From assembly GCA_964016885.1 (NCBI GenBank), contig OZ024742.1, positions 236,964,001 through 237,028,000 on the forward strand: a stretch of DNA of 64,000 bases, written 5' to 3'. The notes beneath the pieces were generated by a model. The model made no database searches. It was not told where the DNA came from and saw only the letters and a program-made list of their open reading frames with translations. Numbering within the stretch: position 1 is the stretch's first letter; every line of letters starts with the position of its first letter. Below are positions 25,891 to 39,427 of this stretch, piece after piece. The stretch comes from Eledone cirrhosa. Taxonomy: Eukaryota. The translations under genes and the position numbers were made by a program.

Positions 25891-26957
25891 ATGATAATGG
25901 AACACGCATAGTCAAAACCGACGGACGTCCATTTTACTCAAAGTTATTTGTTATTGGTAGTTTTCACAAGGTTACATGTGTCTGTGAAATATTCAGCCAT
26001 TTATACATAATTTAACGAGTGGCTGTTCTGTTGAACGAAAAACTACAATGCCATTCATTCTGTTTTTGTTACGATAACACTACAAAATAGTCAGTGTTTA
26101 TTGACAATAATTCCTGCATAAAAGAAAGTTTGATATTTCCCGATTGTGACAAGACATTTCGAGAAGAAAGGATAGCAAAAAGGTTAATTTGGCGACAATA
26201 ACAAACGATAAATGATTACATCACTGTTATTAAACACTGTAATAATATTAACACACATTCACACATACATACACACATATGTGTCAACAGTAATATCTAG
26301 ATGTACATACATGACGATGGCTGCCCCCTCGTTATCGAGTATGGCCATTGTACGATATACCATTATCAATAATTATTAATTAATTATATCGTGCAATGCA
26401 TGTGCCTGAAGATATTTTTTAAAGTGAGGAAAGACTGTGTACTGAGCCAATCCCACTCTCTGAGCGACAGTAGCTATAACCCGAAAAGAAGAACATATCA
26501 ACATCATCGGTAACTACAGAGTTATCCTAGTTTCCTGAATTGCCTTCTCCTAGAAGAATGCCCTGACATACATACATACATGCATACATACATACGTACA
26601 TACATGCATACATACATACATACGTACATACATACATACATACATACATACATACATACATACATACATACATACACACGTACATACATACATGCATACA
26701 TACATACAAACATACATACGTACATACATACATACACACGTACATACATACATGTATGCATGCATATATACAATTATAAACTCGGTAATAAAACAATCAA
26801 AAGAATTTGTTTTAAACATCAATGAATGTGCATCAGTGAGCCCCATGATCATCTAGACGAGGAAACGCCATCGTCATGGCTACAATTTCAAGCAAGGTTT
26901 GTTTTGTAGCTCTCACTCTCTTTCTCTCTCACTCTCTGTCTTTATATATATATATAT

Positions 26958-27150
26958 AAAGAGTCAGGACCCCGACGGCTGAGCTCCGGCCGTTTCGACA
27001 GCTAGATCCGAATTTAGTTGGTGCTGTTCGGATCTCCGAAGCTCAGCGGTCCGGGTTCTGACTCTTTTCCTATTACCCACTCTACTACCCTAACTATCGA
27101 GTACTCTGGTGCGTTATGGTCACCTGGTTTCTTACCACACTTTTTTTCTT
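26958..27150 (+). mobile_element. Short fold-back cassette (family W) in (TA)n
   Basis: Imperfect inverted repeat 26958-27068 plus tail. Homologs at 34284-34346, 61590-61720 and 61733-61930. Confidence 0.65.
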
Positions 27151-27162
27151 ATATATATATAT

Positions 27163-28039
27163 ATGGTCTTTATTCTCTCTCGTTCACGATTTCACCGAAC
27201 TTATATTCATGGAAATTTGGGACTTGACTCCTTCTTCCTCACTTTTCGTTGCTTCACTATCTTTGTTTGTTTACACTCTCGTGTCTCCTTTATTTACGTG
27301 TCCCAACGACTTTTTTTAGCCGTTGCTCGCACCAACCGGAGGTATATGGTCTTTAAAGCGATGAAATACCATTGATGGTTGGAAGATCACTGATGAAGGA
27401 CTAATTTTATTCATATGTAACCCATTAGCAACCATGCAGCACGTTTATTCTCATATTTACACATATTTTTTCCCCCGCTGTGACCCGTCTATTTCGTTCT
27501 TACTGCTTCCTCTTTCTCTGTATCTTTACCCTCCCTAACAGTCACTCTCTCTGTTAACCTCTTCCTCACCCTTCACTCACTCACTCTCTGTTACTACCTC
27601 TCCTCATCCTCCTTCCCGTTTGACCTGTGCGTAATTCTTTTCTTTCGCACCCTTGGTCAGGCAGGTCGCTTTTTTTCTATCTCTCGTCTACGATTTCACA
27701 GAACTTACGTTCACCGAATTCACAGACTAGATCCCTTCTTCTTCCCGTTAGACCTGTACGGAATTCCTTCCTTGCTCACATTCCAACCAGGTTTGATGGT
27801 CTTTATTCTCTCTCGTTCACGATTTCACCGAACTTATATTCATGGAAATTTGGGACTTGACTCCTTCTTCCTCACTTTTCGTTGCTTCATCTTTGTTTGT
27901 TTACACTTTCGTGTCCCCTTTATTTACGTGTCCCAACGACTTTTTTTAGCCGTTGCTCGCACCAACCGGAGGTATATGGTCTTTAAAGCGATGAAATACC
28001 AATGATGATTGGAAGATCACTGATGAAGGACTAATTTTA

Positions 28040-28045
<6 letters not shown>
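27163..28045 (+). repeat. pLTR-like direct repeat (~250 bp at 27163-27415 and 27797-28045)
   Basis: Near-identical copies, both ending CTGATGAAGGACTAATTTTATTCATAT, with TA tracts outside. Confidence 0.75.
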
Positions 28046-28109
<64 letters not shown>

Positions 28110-28116
28110 ACTTTTT

Positions 28117-28197
<81 letters not shown>

Positions 28198-28225
28198 ATC
28201 AAAAGATGGTTAAAGGAGTTCCATG

Positions 28226-28296
28226 TATTTTATTATGCGCATTTCAAAAACAAACATCATCATGCAATAATATTTGTGTTTTCATCAGATAAAACA
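28226..28296 (-). ncRNA. Type I hammerhead ribozyme (inverted copy)
   Basis: Reverse complement of 29656-29726. Confidence 0.8.
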
Positions 28297-29655
28297 GGAG
28301 AACATGATATGAAGGCTAAAAAACACTTGTGGATAGTGCAGTTTTAAATCAACATATGAAAAGTGGTTTTAGATTGATGTGTGATATTGGGAAAAATATT
28401 TTATTTAGAGAGGGGGGGGTGGAAAGGATGAAAAAGGGGAGGAGATGAGAGGGAGAGATGGGTGATAGAGAGAAAGAGATAGTTTTTATAACTGAGAGAA
28501 GATATATTGTTTTACATAGAGAGGTTGAAAATCGTTGGAAGATAATGTATAAATTAGACGTACAGATTTGTTTTCTATCTGCCTGCATAAATTCCATAGG
28601 ACTTTTCACAAAGTATACAGTTAATATTCAATTCTTTATCAATTTAGAATCTTTTCTCAAAGGCACATATACATACACCTCTTTAAAATATACCCATCTT
28701 CCTACCTTACTTCAAAGGGCATTATACACTCTATAATACTTGTTTACTCATTACCCTCTTTCTATCTTCACCTTGTAAAATCCTTCATAACATATACATT
28801 TGTTTTTTTGACGTTAGAATATTCATCCGCAATTATTATTATTTTTTCTCTCTATCATAAAACTTTTTAATCTCAATTTCATCCTTAATTTATTATTTTT
28901 TTCTCCCCATCAACGAACTCATTCTTAATACATATTAACTCTTTATTCGCACATATTATCAATTCCTTCAATATACAAACTTTAACTTCACATTATTTTT
29001 CTCAAATCCTTCTACACACAAACCTTAATAATTTTTTCTCTTCGTTAATTTTGAAATTGCCACAAAACTTATCAACATACACTTTTTTTGACGTTAGAAT
29101 AGTCATCCACAATTATTATTTTTTCTCTCTATCTTCATACATAAATTCCCTTCGTTAATTTTCAAATTCTTTTAATTTATACATTATCTTCCAACGGTTC
29201 TCAACCTCTCTATGTAAAACAATATATCTTTTCTCAGTTATAAAACTATCTCTTTCTCTCTATCACCCATCTCTCCCTCTCCACCTTCACTCTCATATCC
29301 TCCCCCTTTTTCATCCTTTCCACACCCCCCTCCCTAAATAAAATATTTTTTCCTCGTACATATCTTCCCTTCGTTAATTTTCAAATTCTTTTAATTTATA
29401 CATTATCTTCCAACGGTTTTCAACCTCTCTATGTAAAACAATATATCTTCTCTCAGTTATAAAAACTATCTCTTTCTCTCTATCACCCATCTCTCCTTCT
29501 CATCTCCTCCCCTTTTTCATCCTTTCCACCCCCACCCCCCTCTCTAAATAAAATATTTTTCCCAATATCACACATCAATCTAAAACCACTTTTCATATGT
29601 TGATTTAAAACTGCCCTATCCACAAGTGTTTTTTAGCCTTCATATCATGTTCTCC

Positions 29656-29726
29656 TGTTTTATCTGATGAAAACACAAATATTATTGCATGATGATGTTT
29701 GTTTTTGAAATGCGCATAATAAAATA
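29656..29726 (+). ncRNA. Type I hammerhead ribozyme with long stem II
   Basis: TGTTTTAT-CTGATGA-[36-nt hairpin]-GAAA-TGCGCA-TA-ATAAAATA. Confidence 0.8.
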
Positions 29727-29942
29727 CATGGAACTCCTTTAACCATCTTTTGATCTTATATTATGTATACTCCAGTCCTACAAACTGTAGAGTGCTTCTT
29801 ATCCGATATCTGCATTGCTTTATTGTACTACAATAAAACTCACCTCCTACATTATATATATATATATATATAGAAAAAAAGATGAAATCGAAAATGCAAC
29901 TGGAGTCTTATTTTTTTTTTAAATATATATATTTATTTGGTT

Positions 29943-29980
29943 CCTTTACCGGTTTCGCAGTTCTTCTGCTTTTCAAAAGG
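29943..29980 (-). ncRNA. Type I hammerhead fold, U3-A8 variant (family X)
   Basis: CCTT-TTGAAAA-GCAG-AAGAA-CTGC-GAAA-CCGG-TA-AAGG. Confidence 0.75.
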
Positions 29981-30026
29981 TGAGTTGAGATGGAGGGTCT
30001 GTGGTTTTTCTCACAGATGTATATAT

Positions 30027-30143
<117 letters not shown>

Positions 30144-30367
30144 AAACTGGAACGGGAACAAAAACAGAGAGGCAGTAAAAAAAATAGAGGTGTGACACAC
30201 GAGTTGTGATATATTAGTAAAAAGGAAAAGAAAATGCTGACAAATTTTTCCCAGTGAAAAATAGTTTAATTAGGAATAAGTATAAATTAGTAATAAGTAT
30301 TAGTTAGTATCCAGTTTTAGTTTTAAGTTTTAAGTTTTTACCGATTGCGCATTTCTTATGCTTTTCA

Positions 30368-30401
30368 TTGAAAAGCATAAGAAATGCGCAACCGTTAAAA
30401 A
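30368..30401 (+). ncRNA. Hammerhead-like fold with U3-A8 and GCAA (family Y), at the centre of a palindrome
   Basis: TTGAAAA-GCAT-AAGAA-ATGC-GCAA-CCGT-TA; mirror copy at ~30336-30367. Confidence 0.45.
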
Positions 30402-30410
30402 CTTAAAACT

Positions 30411-30477
30411 TTATTTTATCTGATGAAAGCACACCTAAATTGCCTTGGTTGCCCTTGAAATATATATAACAAAATAA
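30411..30477 (+). ncRNA. Type I hammerhead fold, degenerate stem II
   Basis: TTATTTTAT-CTGATGA-..-GAAA-TATATA-TA-ACAAAATAA (8 of 9 pairs in stem I). Confidence 0.55.
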
Positions 30478-30798
30478 TTATGGTTTTATAAATATAGTTT
30501 CCATTCATATTGAATATTTACTCCAGTTAATTGTTGAGTGCTTTATATCAGTTATAAAACTTTTATGGTTGTTGAATCCCAACAAATTAAATATAACTTC
30601 TGCATATACATATAGAGAGAGAGAGATAAATCTACCAAAATATACGGTAGTGTCCAATCCGTATGAAGAACTCAATGTAATCCAAATATCATGAAAAGAG
30701 ATGTATTCAAAAGTTTTTTCGATGAAAATCACAGGAAAACAGAGTCAATATAAATTAATAAAAACAATGAATAAAAACAAAGAAACAGTTCCTTACAG

Positions 30799-30932
30799 AT
30801 TATTTCTGAAGACAGCATATATATGTGTAGGTATGTCTATTCCCTCGGATAGTTTGTAAAATTTTTACATAGATCTATATGATATACATACCAACACACA
30901 CATATATATCCTAGAAACGATCGTAAAATGAT
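30799..30932 (+). ncRNA. Type I hammerhead fold with ~100-nt stem II
   Basis: ATTATTT-CTGAAGA-..ATATATATGTGT..GGTATGT / ACATACC..ACACATATATAT..-GAAA-CGATCG-TA-AAATGAT, enclosed by 46-bp inverted arms 30750-30795 / 30946-30991. Confidence 0.6.
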
Positions 30933-30985
30933 GAATTTTTTAATATAAGGAACTGTTTCTTTGTTTTTATTCATTGTTTTTATTA

Positions 30986-31067
<82 letters not shown>

Positions 31068-31358
31068 TATATATAAAATTATAAGTTTGAAGAACAGTTA
31101 GACAAAATATATCCAATTTTTCTCCTCCTTAGTCGGCAGAAATTAACTAGATAAATAATCATTTAAACGGAGCTAAGTTTAAAATGTAACTTTGAAGAAA
31201 TAACAGATAAATGTGAGGAACAGTCAAATAACATTTACTTAGTGTTTCCTCTTAGTCCGCAGAAATTAACTAGACAAATAATCAATTAAACGGAACTAAG
31301 TTTAAAATGTAAGTTTGAAGAAAAAATGCACATAAACTTTACCAAAGTTCTTCTAGTC

Positions 31359-31905
<547 letters not shown>

Positions 31906-32595
31906 GTGAGGTTTTTTTTAATATATATACACGCACACACACATATATATATATATATACATATCTATCTCTCTCTATATATATATATATATACATATAT
32001 ATAATGTATATGTTAAATGTAAATTTACATTTAACAAACAAACACCTATTGACTATAAACGACTCAAAATAATCCCATGGTTAATAGCTGTGGGTTACAA
32101 ACACCATATACACATACATACGAACTACAACACAGAAAACACTTGAAAGAAAATCACATATCCAACTCTATCACGTGCTTTGCATTACACCTTACATAAC
32201 AAATACCTGCATTATCACCACATGCCTCTCTAACAAATTGCACACTATCTTAAACATTTATAACAATTATAACATGATTTAACACCCCACACAAATTATG
32301 TTTATTTCAACTGCATTATAACTCTTTCCTCATACATACCTTATTGACTGTATTGACTCCTGCATTGTACATCAATTTTCCTTGCTTATAACTTTTTTGT
32401 TTGTATTTTTCTGCTTGTGCTTTTTACTTATACCTCTTACACTTTCAACCAGTGCTGCCTGTAATTGTGTTCTTTCAAGCAAAACATCTTTTTAACTCCT
32501 GACTCTCCACATGATGCCTATGACAATAACAACAATTATGTACCCTAAATGTTCTAAATGACTAGGATTTTAGTAACATGTTTCGACATTCTTTA

Positions 32596-32642
32596 TGCTC
32601 CGATGATTCCAGACTTTCCTCTGGAAGAAACAATTGTCAGCA
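32596..32642 (+). ncRNA. Type I hammerhead fold (CCGATGA, U4C)
   Basis: TGCT-CCGATGA-TTCCAG-ACTTTCCT-CTGGAA-GAAA-CAATTG-TC-AGCA. Confidence 0.75.
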
Positions 32643-32678
32643 AATAAATGTTCTAAACTAAAATTTGATCGTTTTAAC

Positions 32679-32740
<62 letters not shown>

Positions 32741-32749
32741 ATATATACA

Positions 32750-33145
32750 TGCTTTTAATGTTTTCAATCGGCCATACTGGTGCAACACCATGATTTATTT
32801 TCTTTCAGTTTTGTTGGCTGGAAGTTGGTCTATAATTGATTTTCCTTGTGTGTATCCGTGAATAGTTGGCTAGTTCGGTATCTTGGTTATGAGTTCGGCC
32901 AATGCTTGTTTGAATGTTTCAAGGAAGGTCCCTTTTATATTTCTGAGTTCTTTAGTTGGGCAGTTGAACATTTGGAGACGTCTAAATATCAGAGAGGTAC
33001 ATTTTGTACAGAGTGATTTTGCTCGCGATTTCGAATGTGGTGTATTTGAAAGCTAATAGATATCTACCAGCTCATGCGTTAAAACTCTCTTTAATGTCGA
33101 AGTTTGGAACATGAATCTCCAGGATCTTCCATGTGTATTTAACAG

Positions 33146-33147
<2 letters not shown>
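32750..33147 (-). pseudogene. Old CR1/L2-group LINE 3' fragment
   Basis: KYTWKILE..VPNF; MFNCPTKELRN..FKQALAELITKIPN*PTIHGY..SIIDQ, which parallels the C-terminus of the intact ORF2. Confidence 0.65.
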
Positions 33148-33244
<97 letters not shown>

Positions 33245-33490
33245 GAAAGCGGATCTCGTATTTAGACAAGCGCTGTTACGTAACTCCTCAGGATATTGGT
33301 TCTTTCTTCACTGCACAACCCACAAGACGGATTCCCATTTCCGTATAGCTTAGACTTGGTTATAACTTTCCATTGGATGGAGTAATCCACGCCTGCGTCC
33401 TTGAAGGACCATATGTGGTTTGCGAGCTTTGTGGACGATCGTTTCTCCGGGTGTCTAAATGTCGACAGATGATTCAGGAAGCGTTCTTTA
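33245..33490 (-). pseudogene. Penelope-like endonuclease C-terminal fragment
   Basis: Manual translation KERFLNHLSTFRHPEKRSSTKLANHIWSFKDAGVDYSIQWKVI..CGLCSEER. Confidence 0.7.
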
Positions 33491-34246
33491 GAAAAAGAAT
33501 AAATGTTTCATGCATGTGAAGCCTTGCTTTGCTGTCGCAAGAACTTGGACTATCCCTTCAGTGATATTTTTAAGGACAAAATCTTTTCTCTGATGAGTCT
33601 TATAAGTGCATCTCTACTGTGGAATATATATACATATATATATGTGTGTGTGTATGTTTGTGTGTGTGTGCTTGTGTGTGTGTGTGTGTTTGTATCGACA
33701 GACAGATAGATAGAGAGAGAGAGGGAGAGAGAGACAGAGCTAGTCAATTCATTTGACCATAGATAATCCCAGAGATGAACAAAAGCAAAGGTCGTTCCCA
33801 GTGGAATCTAGATTCATAACACAGAGACAAACCAAAACACTGTAATGCATTAAGTCCCTTCGATAAAATATCCCACACTCTAATGAGTTAGAAACTTTAT
33901 CAATGTTTTCCAGTTATATTATGAAAATATCAATGAATACCAATTACAAATTAATCGACCAAAAGTTCTTTCTAAAAAATCTTCATTATTGGTTTTCACC
34001 CTTAATTTTATTCAAGCTCGCGAAACATGGAGCCGATATAATAGCATCAAGAATAATTTGACCCGTTTAGCTTGCTTCTTTGTTTTGGCTTAGGTGGTTG
34101 ATAGCTTCTTAACCGCCGTCTCAGTTTATATGGCCTTTATAACAAATGTTTATTGCTCTGGTCTCTTTTGGTCCACGGAGCGCTTGCCACACAATCAGAA
34201 ATTGAGTTTTGCTTATTTCTACCCGCCGAAATACGATTCTCGCTGA

Positions 34247-34288
<42 letters not shown>

Positions 34289-34342
34289 AATTCAGGACCC
34301 CGACGGCCGAGCTCCGGCCATTTCAACAGCTAGATCCGAGTT

Positions 34343-34438
<96 letters not shown>

Positions 34439-34488
34439 CAGAGATAGAGAGAGATGGATATAGAGGAAGAATAGACACCAGTACTGTG

Positions 34489-34571
<83 letters not shown>

Positions 34572-34629
34572 GGGGGAGGCAGAGATAGAGAGAAATGGAT
34601 ATAGAGGAAGAATAGACACCAGTACTGTG

Positions 34630-34714
<85 letters not shown>

Positions 34715-35281
34715 GAAGGCAGAGATAGAGAGAGATGGATATAGAGGAAGAATAGACACCAGTACTGAACTAAGAGGAAAGGCAAAGTTGACCTCGGCAA
34801 AGCTTGAACTCAGAGTGCAGAGATTTGTAACGAATGCCACAAATCCTTCTATCCGACGTTCTAAGCCTTCTGCCGCCAACCATTGAATACCAATTGCGAA
34901 TTAATTGATCAGATTCTTCATTTTGTTTTCACCCTTAATTTCCTCGTCAGCGTTCTCACGCAAAATGCTGCCTATATTATAACGCCATAAACAATAGTTT
35001 TGCTTACTATACATACAGATCAAAATTATTCAGTAATTGAAAGCCTGAAAACATTAACAAATGGAAGTATTCCATAAGGTTAATTAGCAACAGCACGCAT
35101 GATTTAGAGTAGATGTGTAAATAAAAGCATATATAATATGTTTATGTATGATGAATATATATAAACCTCGCTGCGGCTGTTTTAAGCTGTGATCATGATA
35201 CAGCTACGTTAATAGCCATGTGAAACGCCAAATACTAGTATTTCAGGACCTTTAGCCATTTTCAGTGACGATTACTTACGC

Positions 35282-35336
<55 letters not shown>

Positions 35337-35384
35337 CATCAACAAAAAAAGAGTAGTGTCTTCTTGATTTTTATCAAAAGAAAC

Positions 35385-35600
35385 TAGCAAGGTGGTGGAT
35401 TGACAGAGCATCGGACTAAATACATTGATGCATTTGTCCCGGGACTCTACATTCTGAGTTCAAATCACACTGACGTGAACCTTTTGCCTTTCATCCTTTC
35501 GAGGTTGCTAGAATGAAGTTCCAACCAAGTACTGGGGTTAATTTAATCGACTTTCTCTTCTCCCCAAAATTACTAGCCTTGTGCCTGAATTAGAAACCGT
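35385..35600 (+). mobile_element. SINE family A (diverged)
   Basis: GAGTTCAAATC..GCCTTTCATCCTTTCGAGG. Confidence 0.7.
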
Positions 35601-36212
35601 AAAAAGAAACGAGTGGGCCAATTCCGTCAATGGCGTAGAAAATAGTTCATTCTTTTAGTCCAAGATTGGTGTGGTTTATATACCAAGATTACTGGATATA
35701 TGAACAATCATGCAATTTGGGAAATTTTGGCTTTGATATGATAAATTAATGGTTGATTACTGACATGTGGAAAATGGGGATTGTATTTTAATAGTTTATT
35801 TCTAGGATATAATTACACAAATATTAAGTAGGAATGACATATTGGATTAATGTATCGAGTAACGTTAGAGCAGAGGTTCTCAGAGTAGGCGCTTACCGCC
35901 CCCGGGGGTCGGGTGGCGTTGAGAAGGTTCGCGGGGGGGGGGGGGGTGTTAAGGGGAGCTCTAGGGCCTACGGGCGGTAGAGAAAAAGGGAGCATTGAGA
36001 GGAACGGAGCTGCTGTATGTGTCATTCCGACCATGCAAGTGAAAACTTGTCTTCTACTTAACAATTTATCCAGGGTCGGATTCATCAAATCTTTGCAGCT
36101 TTAGAGACATCAGATTGCTCTCAGAACAATATTCCACAACCCAGATGGCTGAGGAATTTGTGTGTGTGTGTGGTGTGTGTGTGTGTATGTGTGGTGTGGT
36201 AATGGTGTGTGC

Positions 36213-36267
<55 letters not shown>

Positions 36268-36366
36268 GTGTGGTAGTGGTGTGTGCGTGCGTGTGTGTGT
36301 GTGTGGTGTGTGTGGTGTGTGTGTGTGTATGTGTGGTGTGGTAGTGGTGCGTACGTGCGTGCGCGC

Positions 36367-36416
<50 letters not shown>

Positions 36417-36943
36417 ATAAGCACACACCAATCAGTGCTCAAGGAATTGAAGTGTCTTTGAGACAGTAGCACTGACTCGTTAAATTTCACTCTCTCTTTC
36501 TCTTGTCTAACTTTCTATATCTTTCTAACTCATTCCCCCTCTCTCTCTCTGCATATTCTTTCTTGTTGCTAAGTGTGCGTGCGTGTGTGTGTGTGAAATG
36601 AACTTCCGACATCTTCAATGAAGAATCTCTCTCCTTCATTCTTGATAAGTGTATATCTTAATTCTTTAAAAAATAATATTCCAACTAATTTTGTCTAATT
36701 ATGTTTTGTCAAAATAAATATTATAAATATTTTAATTGATGTTAATAATTTCATTTATCAAAACACAAGGAATAAGATTGAAACTTTTAAACACACACAC
36801 GTGTGTGTGTGTGCGCGCGCGTGTGGGTATATCTATGTATATTATATATATGTATATTATATATATATACACACACATATATATATATATATATATAATA
36901 TATATATATATATATAATTATATATATATAGTATATATATATA

Positions 36944-36981
<38 letters not shown>

Positions 36982-37033
36982 TATATATATATATATAGTA
37001 TATATAGTATATATATATATATATATATATATA

Positions 37034-37114
<81 letters not shown>

Positions 37115-37170
37115 AAGAAAAAGAGATGAAATCGAAAATGCAACAGCACGGACACTCTATCTCAAAATTA

Positions 37171-37207
37171 TTTTTGAAAAGCATTTAGAAATGCGCAACC
37201 GGTAAAA
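37171..37207 (+). ncRNA. Hammerhead-like fold with U3-A8 and GCAA (family Y)
   Basis: TTT-TTGAAAA-GCAT-TTAGAA-ATGC-GCAA-CCGG-TA-AAA. Confidence 0.5.
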
Positions 37208-37450
37208 ACTTAAAAACTTAAAACCACAACTGAATACTAACCCATACAATCACTAATACTCTTTTATTCCTAATTAAACCATTTTTCAACTGTGAACAAT
37301 TTGTCAGCATTTTCTATTCCGTTTACCAATATATATATATATATACTTAGGGATGGTCATGCTGCCAATAAAAACATTCGCACCTGTTGGTTTTCACTTC
37401 AATTTATTATAAATTTCCGGTTGGCTGGTTGGTTGGTTGGATAACCGGAT

Positions 37451-37493
37451 GTCAAAGCTCTTTCGTCACAGATTATGTGACCTGCTCAGTGAC
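37451..37493 (-). ncRNA. Type I hammerhead fold, G8C (probably inactive), family V
   Basis: GTCA-CTGAGCA-G-GTCACA..TGTGAC-GAAA-GAGC-TT-TGAC. Confidence 0.6.
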
Positions 37494-38014
37494 GGGGTTT
37501 TTATTTTGTATATCTGCTTCGTTCTGTCCTACACCATCTTGTTTTTGTGTCTTCTGAGATGCGAGACAAACCACACAAAAAACACAAACCCTCCATCTCA
37601 ATTTTACATTTGAAAATCATAAGAACTGTGAAACTCGTAAAGTAAATAAATAAATATTCTTAAAACGCATTGTGTGTATGTATATTTGTGTATATTTGTG
37701 TATTTTTTAAAAGGTTATAGAGACATACTGTGGAGAAAATGGCAAGATTGAATGGTTTCACAGTCAGCATGAACCTGTAACTCGCATAAAGAAAATCGCA
37801 AGAGTACACTCACCTGTGGTGAAGACCATGGGTTTGTGTGGTTACACGATTGTCCTTACTTTGAGTTTTTTCCTGTAACAGGAGGACTGATTATCATAAT
37901 TTTCTTCCTCATCCGATTTTTATCTAAATCCCTCACGCTTTATATAACTTGTCTATGTAATGTACCCTCATTCAGTGTCCGTGTGTCAAATAACAGACAT
38001 CATTATTATTATTA

Positions 38015-38640
38015 TGAGGGCATTGGCAGTATCGGTAGAGGGTCGGACGCCATGCTTTTCAGCATAGTTACGTCCCTTTACGATCTGAGTTCAAATCCCG
38101 CCGAGGTTGACTTTGCCTTTCATCCTTACGGGGTCGATAAAATAAAGTACCAGTAATGCACTGGGTAATTGCTAGCCTTGTGCCTCAAGTAGAAACAATT
38201 ATTATGAGGGCGGTGGATTGGCAGTATCGGTAGAGGGTCGGACGCCATGCTTTGCAGCAATGAGTTACGGCCCTTTATGGTCCGAGTTCAAATCCCGCTG
38301 AGGTTAACTTTGCCTTTCATCCTTACGGGGGTCGATAAAATAAAGTACCAGAAATGTATTGGGGTCGATTTAATCGATTTCCTCCACCCCAAAAAATGTT
38401 GGCTTTGTGTTTACAGCAGAAAACATTATAACCGTTACTAGGGTCGTAGATTGGTAGAATAGGTTAAGCGTCGGATAAAATGCCTGGCGTTATTTAGTTA
38501 CGACTTTCTAAGTTTTGAGTTCAAATCCTGCCGATGTTAACTTTGCCTTTCATCCTTAATTTCGGCGATAAAATAAAGTACCAGTAATGCACTGGGGTCG
38601 AAAAAAAGTGTTGACATTGTGCTTAAATCAGAAACTAATA
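38015..38640 (+). mobile_element. Three head-to-tail SINE family A copies
   Basis: Heads at ~38015, ~38205 and ~38440, each with a B box and the conserved body. Confidence 0.8.
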
Positions 38641-39214
38641 TTAGAAAGAATTACCACCAACACTACCACTACTACTACTACTACTACTATTACTACCACC
38701 ACCACTACTACTACTAATACTACTACTATTACTACTACTACTACCACTACTACCACTGCTACTGCCGCTGCTGCTGTTGCTACTACCACTGCTGCTGCTG
38801 CTGCTGCTACTGCTGCTACTACTACTACTACTACTCCAACACAGTGTGTATTTATAATTCCCATTAGTAAGCCTTGTCATCCAGCCTCCATCACTTGAAA
38901 TATCTAAAACTGAAGATATCCCCGATGTCAATGTTTGATATTCCTTGATGTATAAAAAAATAAAATAAAAATATCTTGAGAAAATTCTCAAGATATTTTT
39001 ATTTTATTTTTTTTTATATTTTGTGTGTCTATCACTATCTGAACTCAACATGGCTAAATGGTTCAGAAGTTTGCTTCGTAATTATATGACTTTATGTTCG
39101 ATCGTACTATGTTGGTCTTTTACCATAGTCTTGGGTTGAATTGTGCCCCATAAACAAACTTGGAGTTGATCAAAACTATATGGAAGCATCACCGATGTAT
39201 TATACTGTGGTTTC

Positions 39215-39427
39215 TGATTTAGACACAAGATCAACAATTTGGATATAGAGGTTGGGGAGGAAAGTCGATTAAAGCGACCCTAGTGCGTTACTGGTACTTT
39301 GTTTTATCGACTCTGTGGGGATGAAAGTCTAACATCGGCGGAATTTGAAATCAGAACGTAAAGGGACGTAACTATATACCGCAAAGCATGTTGTCCGACA
39401 CTACTGATACTGCCAATCCACCACCTT
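39215..39427 (-). mobile_element. SINE family A
   Basis: Reverse complement of the family A head and body. Confidence 0.75.

Larger units (their letters stand above)
28192..29853 (+). mobile_element. pLTR-like cassette with ~365-bp inverted arms (28192-28556 / 29391-29760) plus 3' tail
   Basis: Arms are near-identical reverse complements, each with a hammerhead; TA tracts on both sides. Confidence 0.8.

Noticed and set aside
27390-27415. CTGATGAAGGAC at the end of both direct repeats (also ~28020)
   Set aside because: No downstream stem II partner or GAAA, and the upstream GAAA gives no valid type II or III fold; at most a truncated hammerhead.
35870-36155. CAGAGGTTCTCA..GCCCCCGGGGG resembling a hAT terminus, and ORF 35813-36088
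   Set aside because: No matching second TIR or TSD found; the ORF has no recognisable motif.
38587-38991. Poly-Thr/Ala/Ser/Val ORFs
   Set aside because: (ACT)n and (GCT)n trinucleotide repeats following a SINE.
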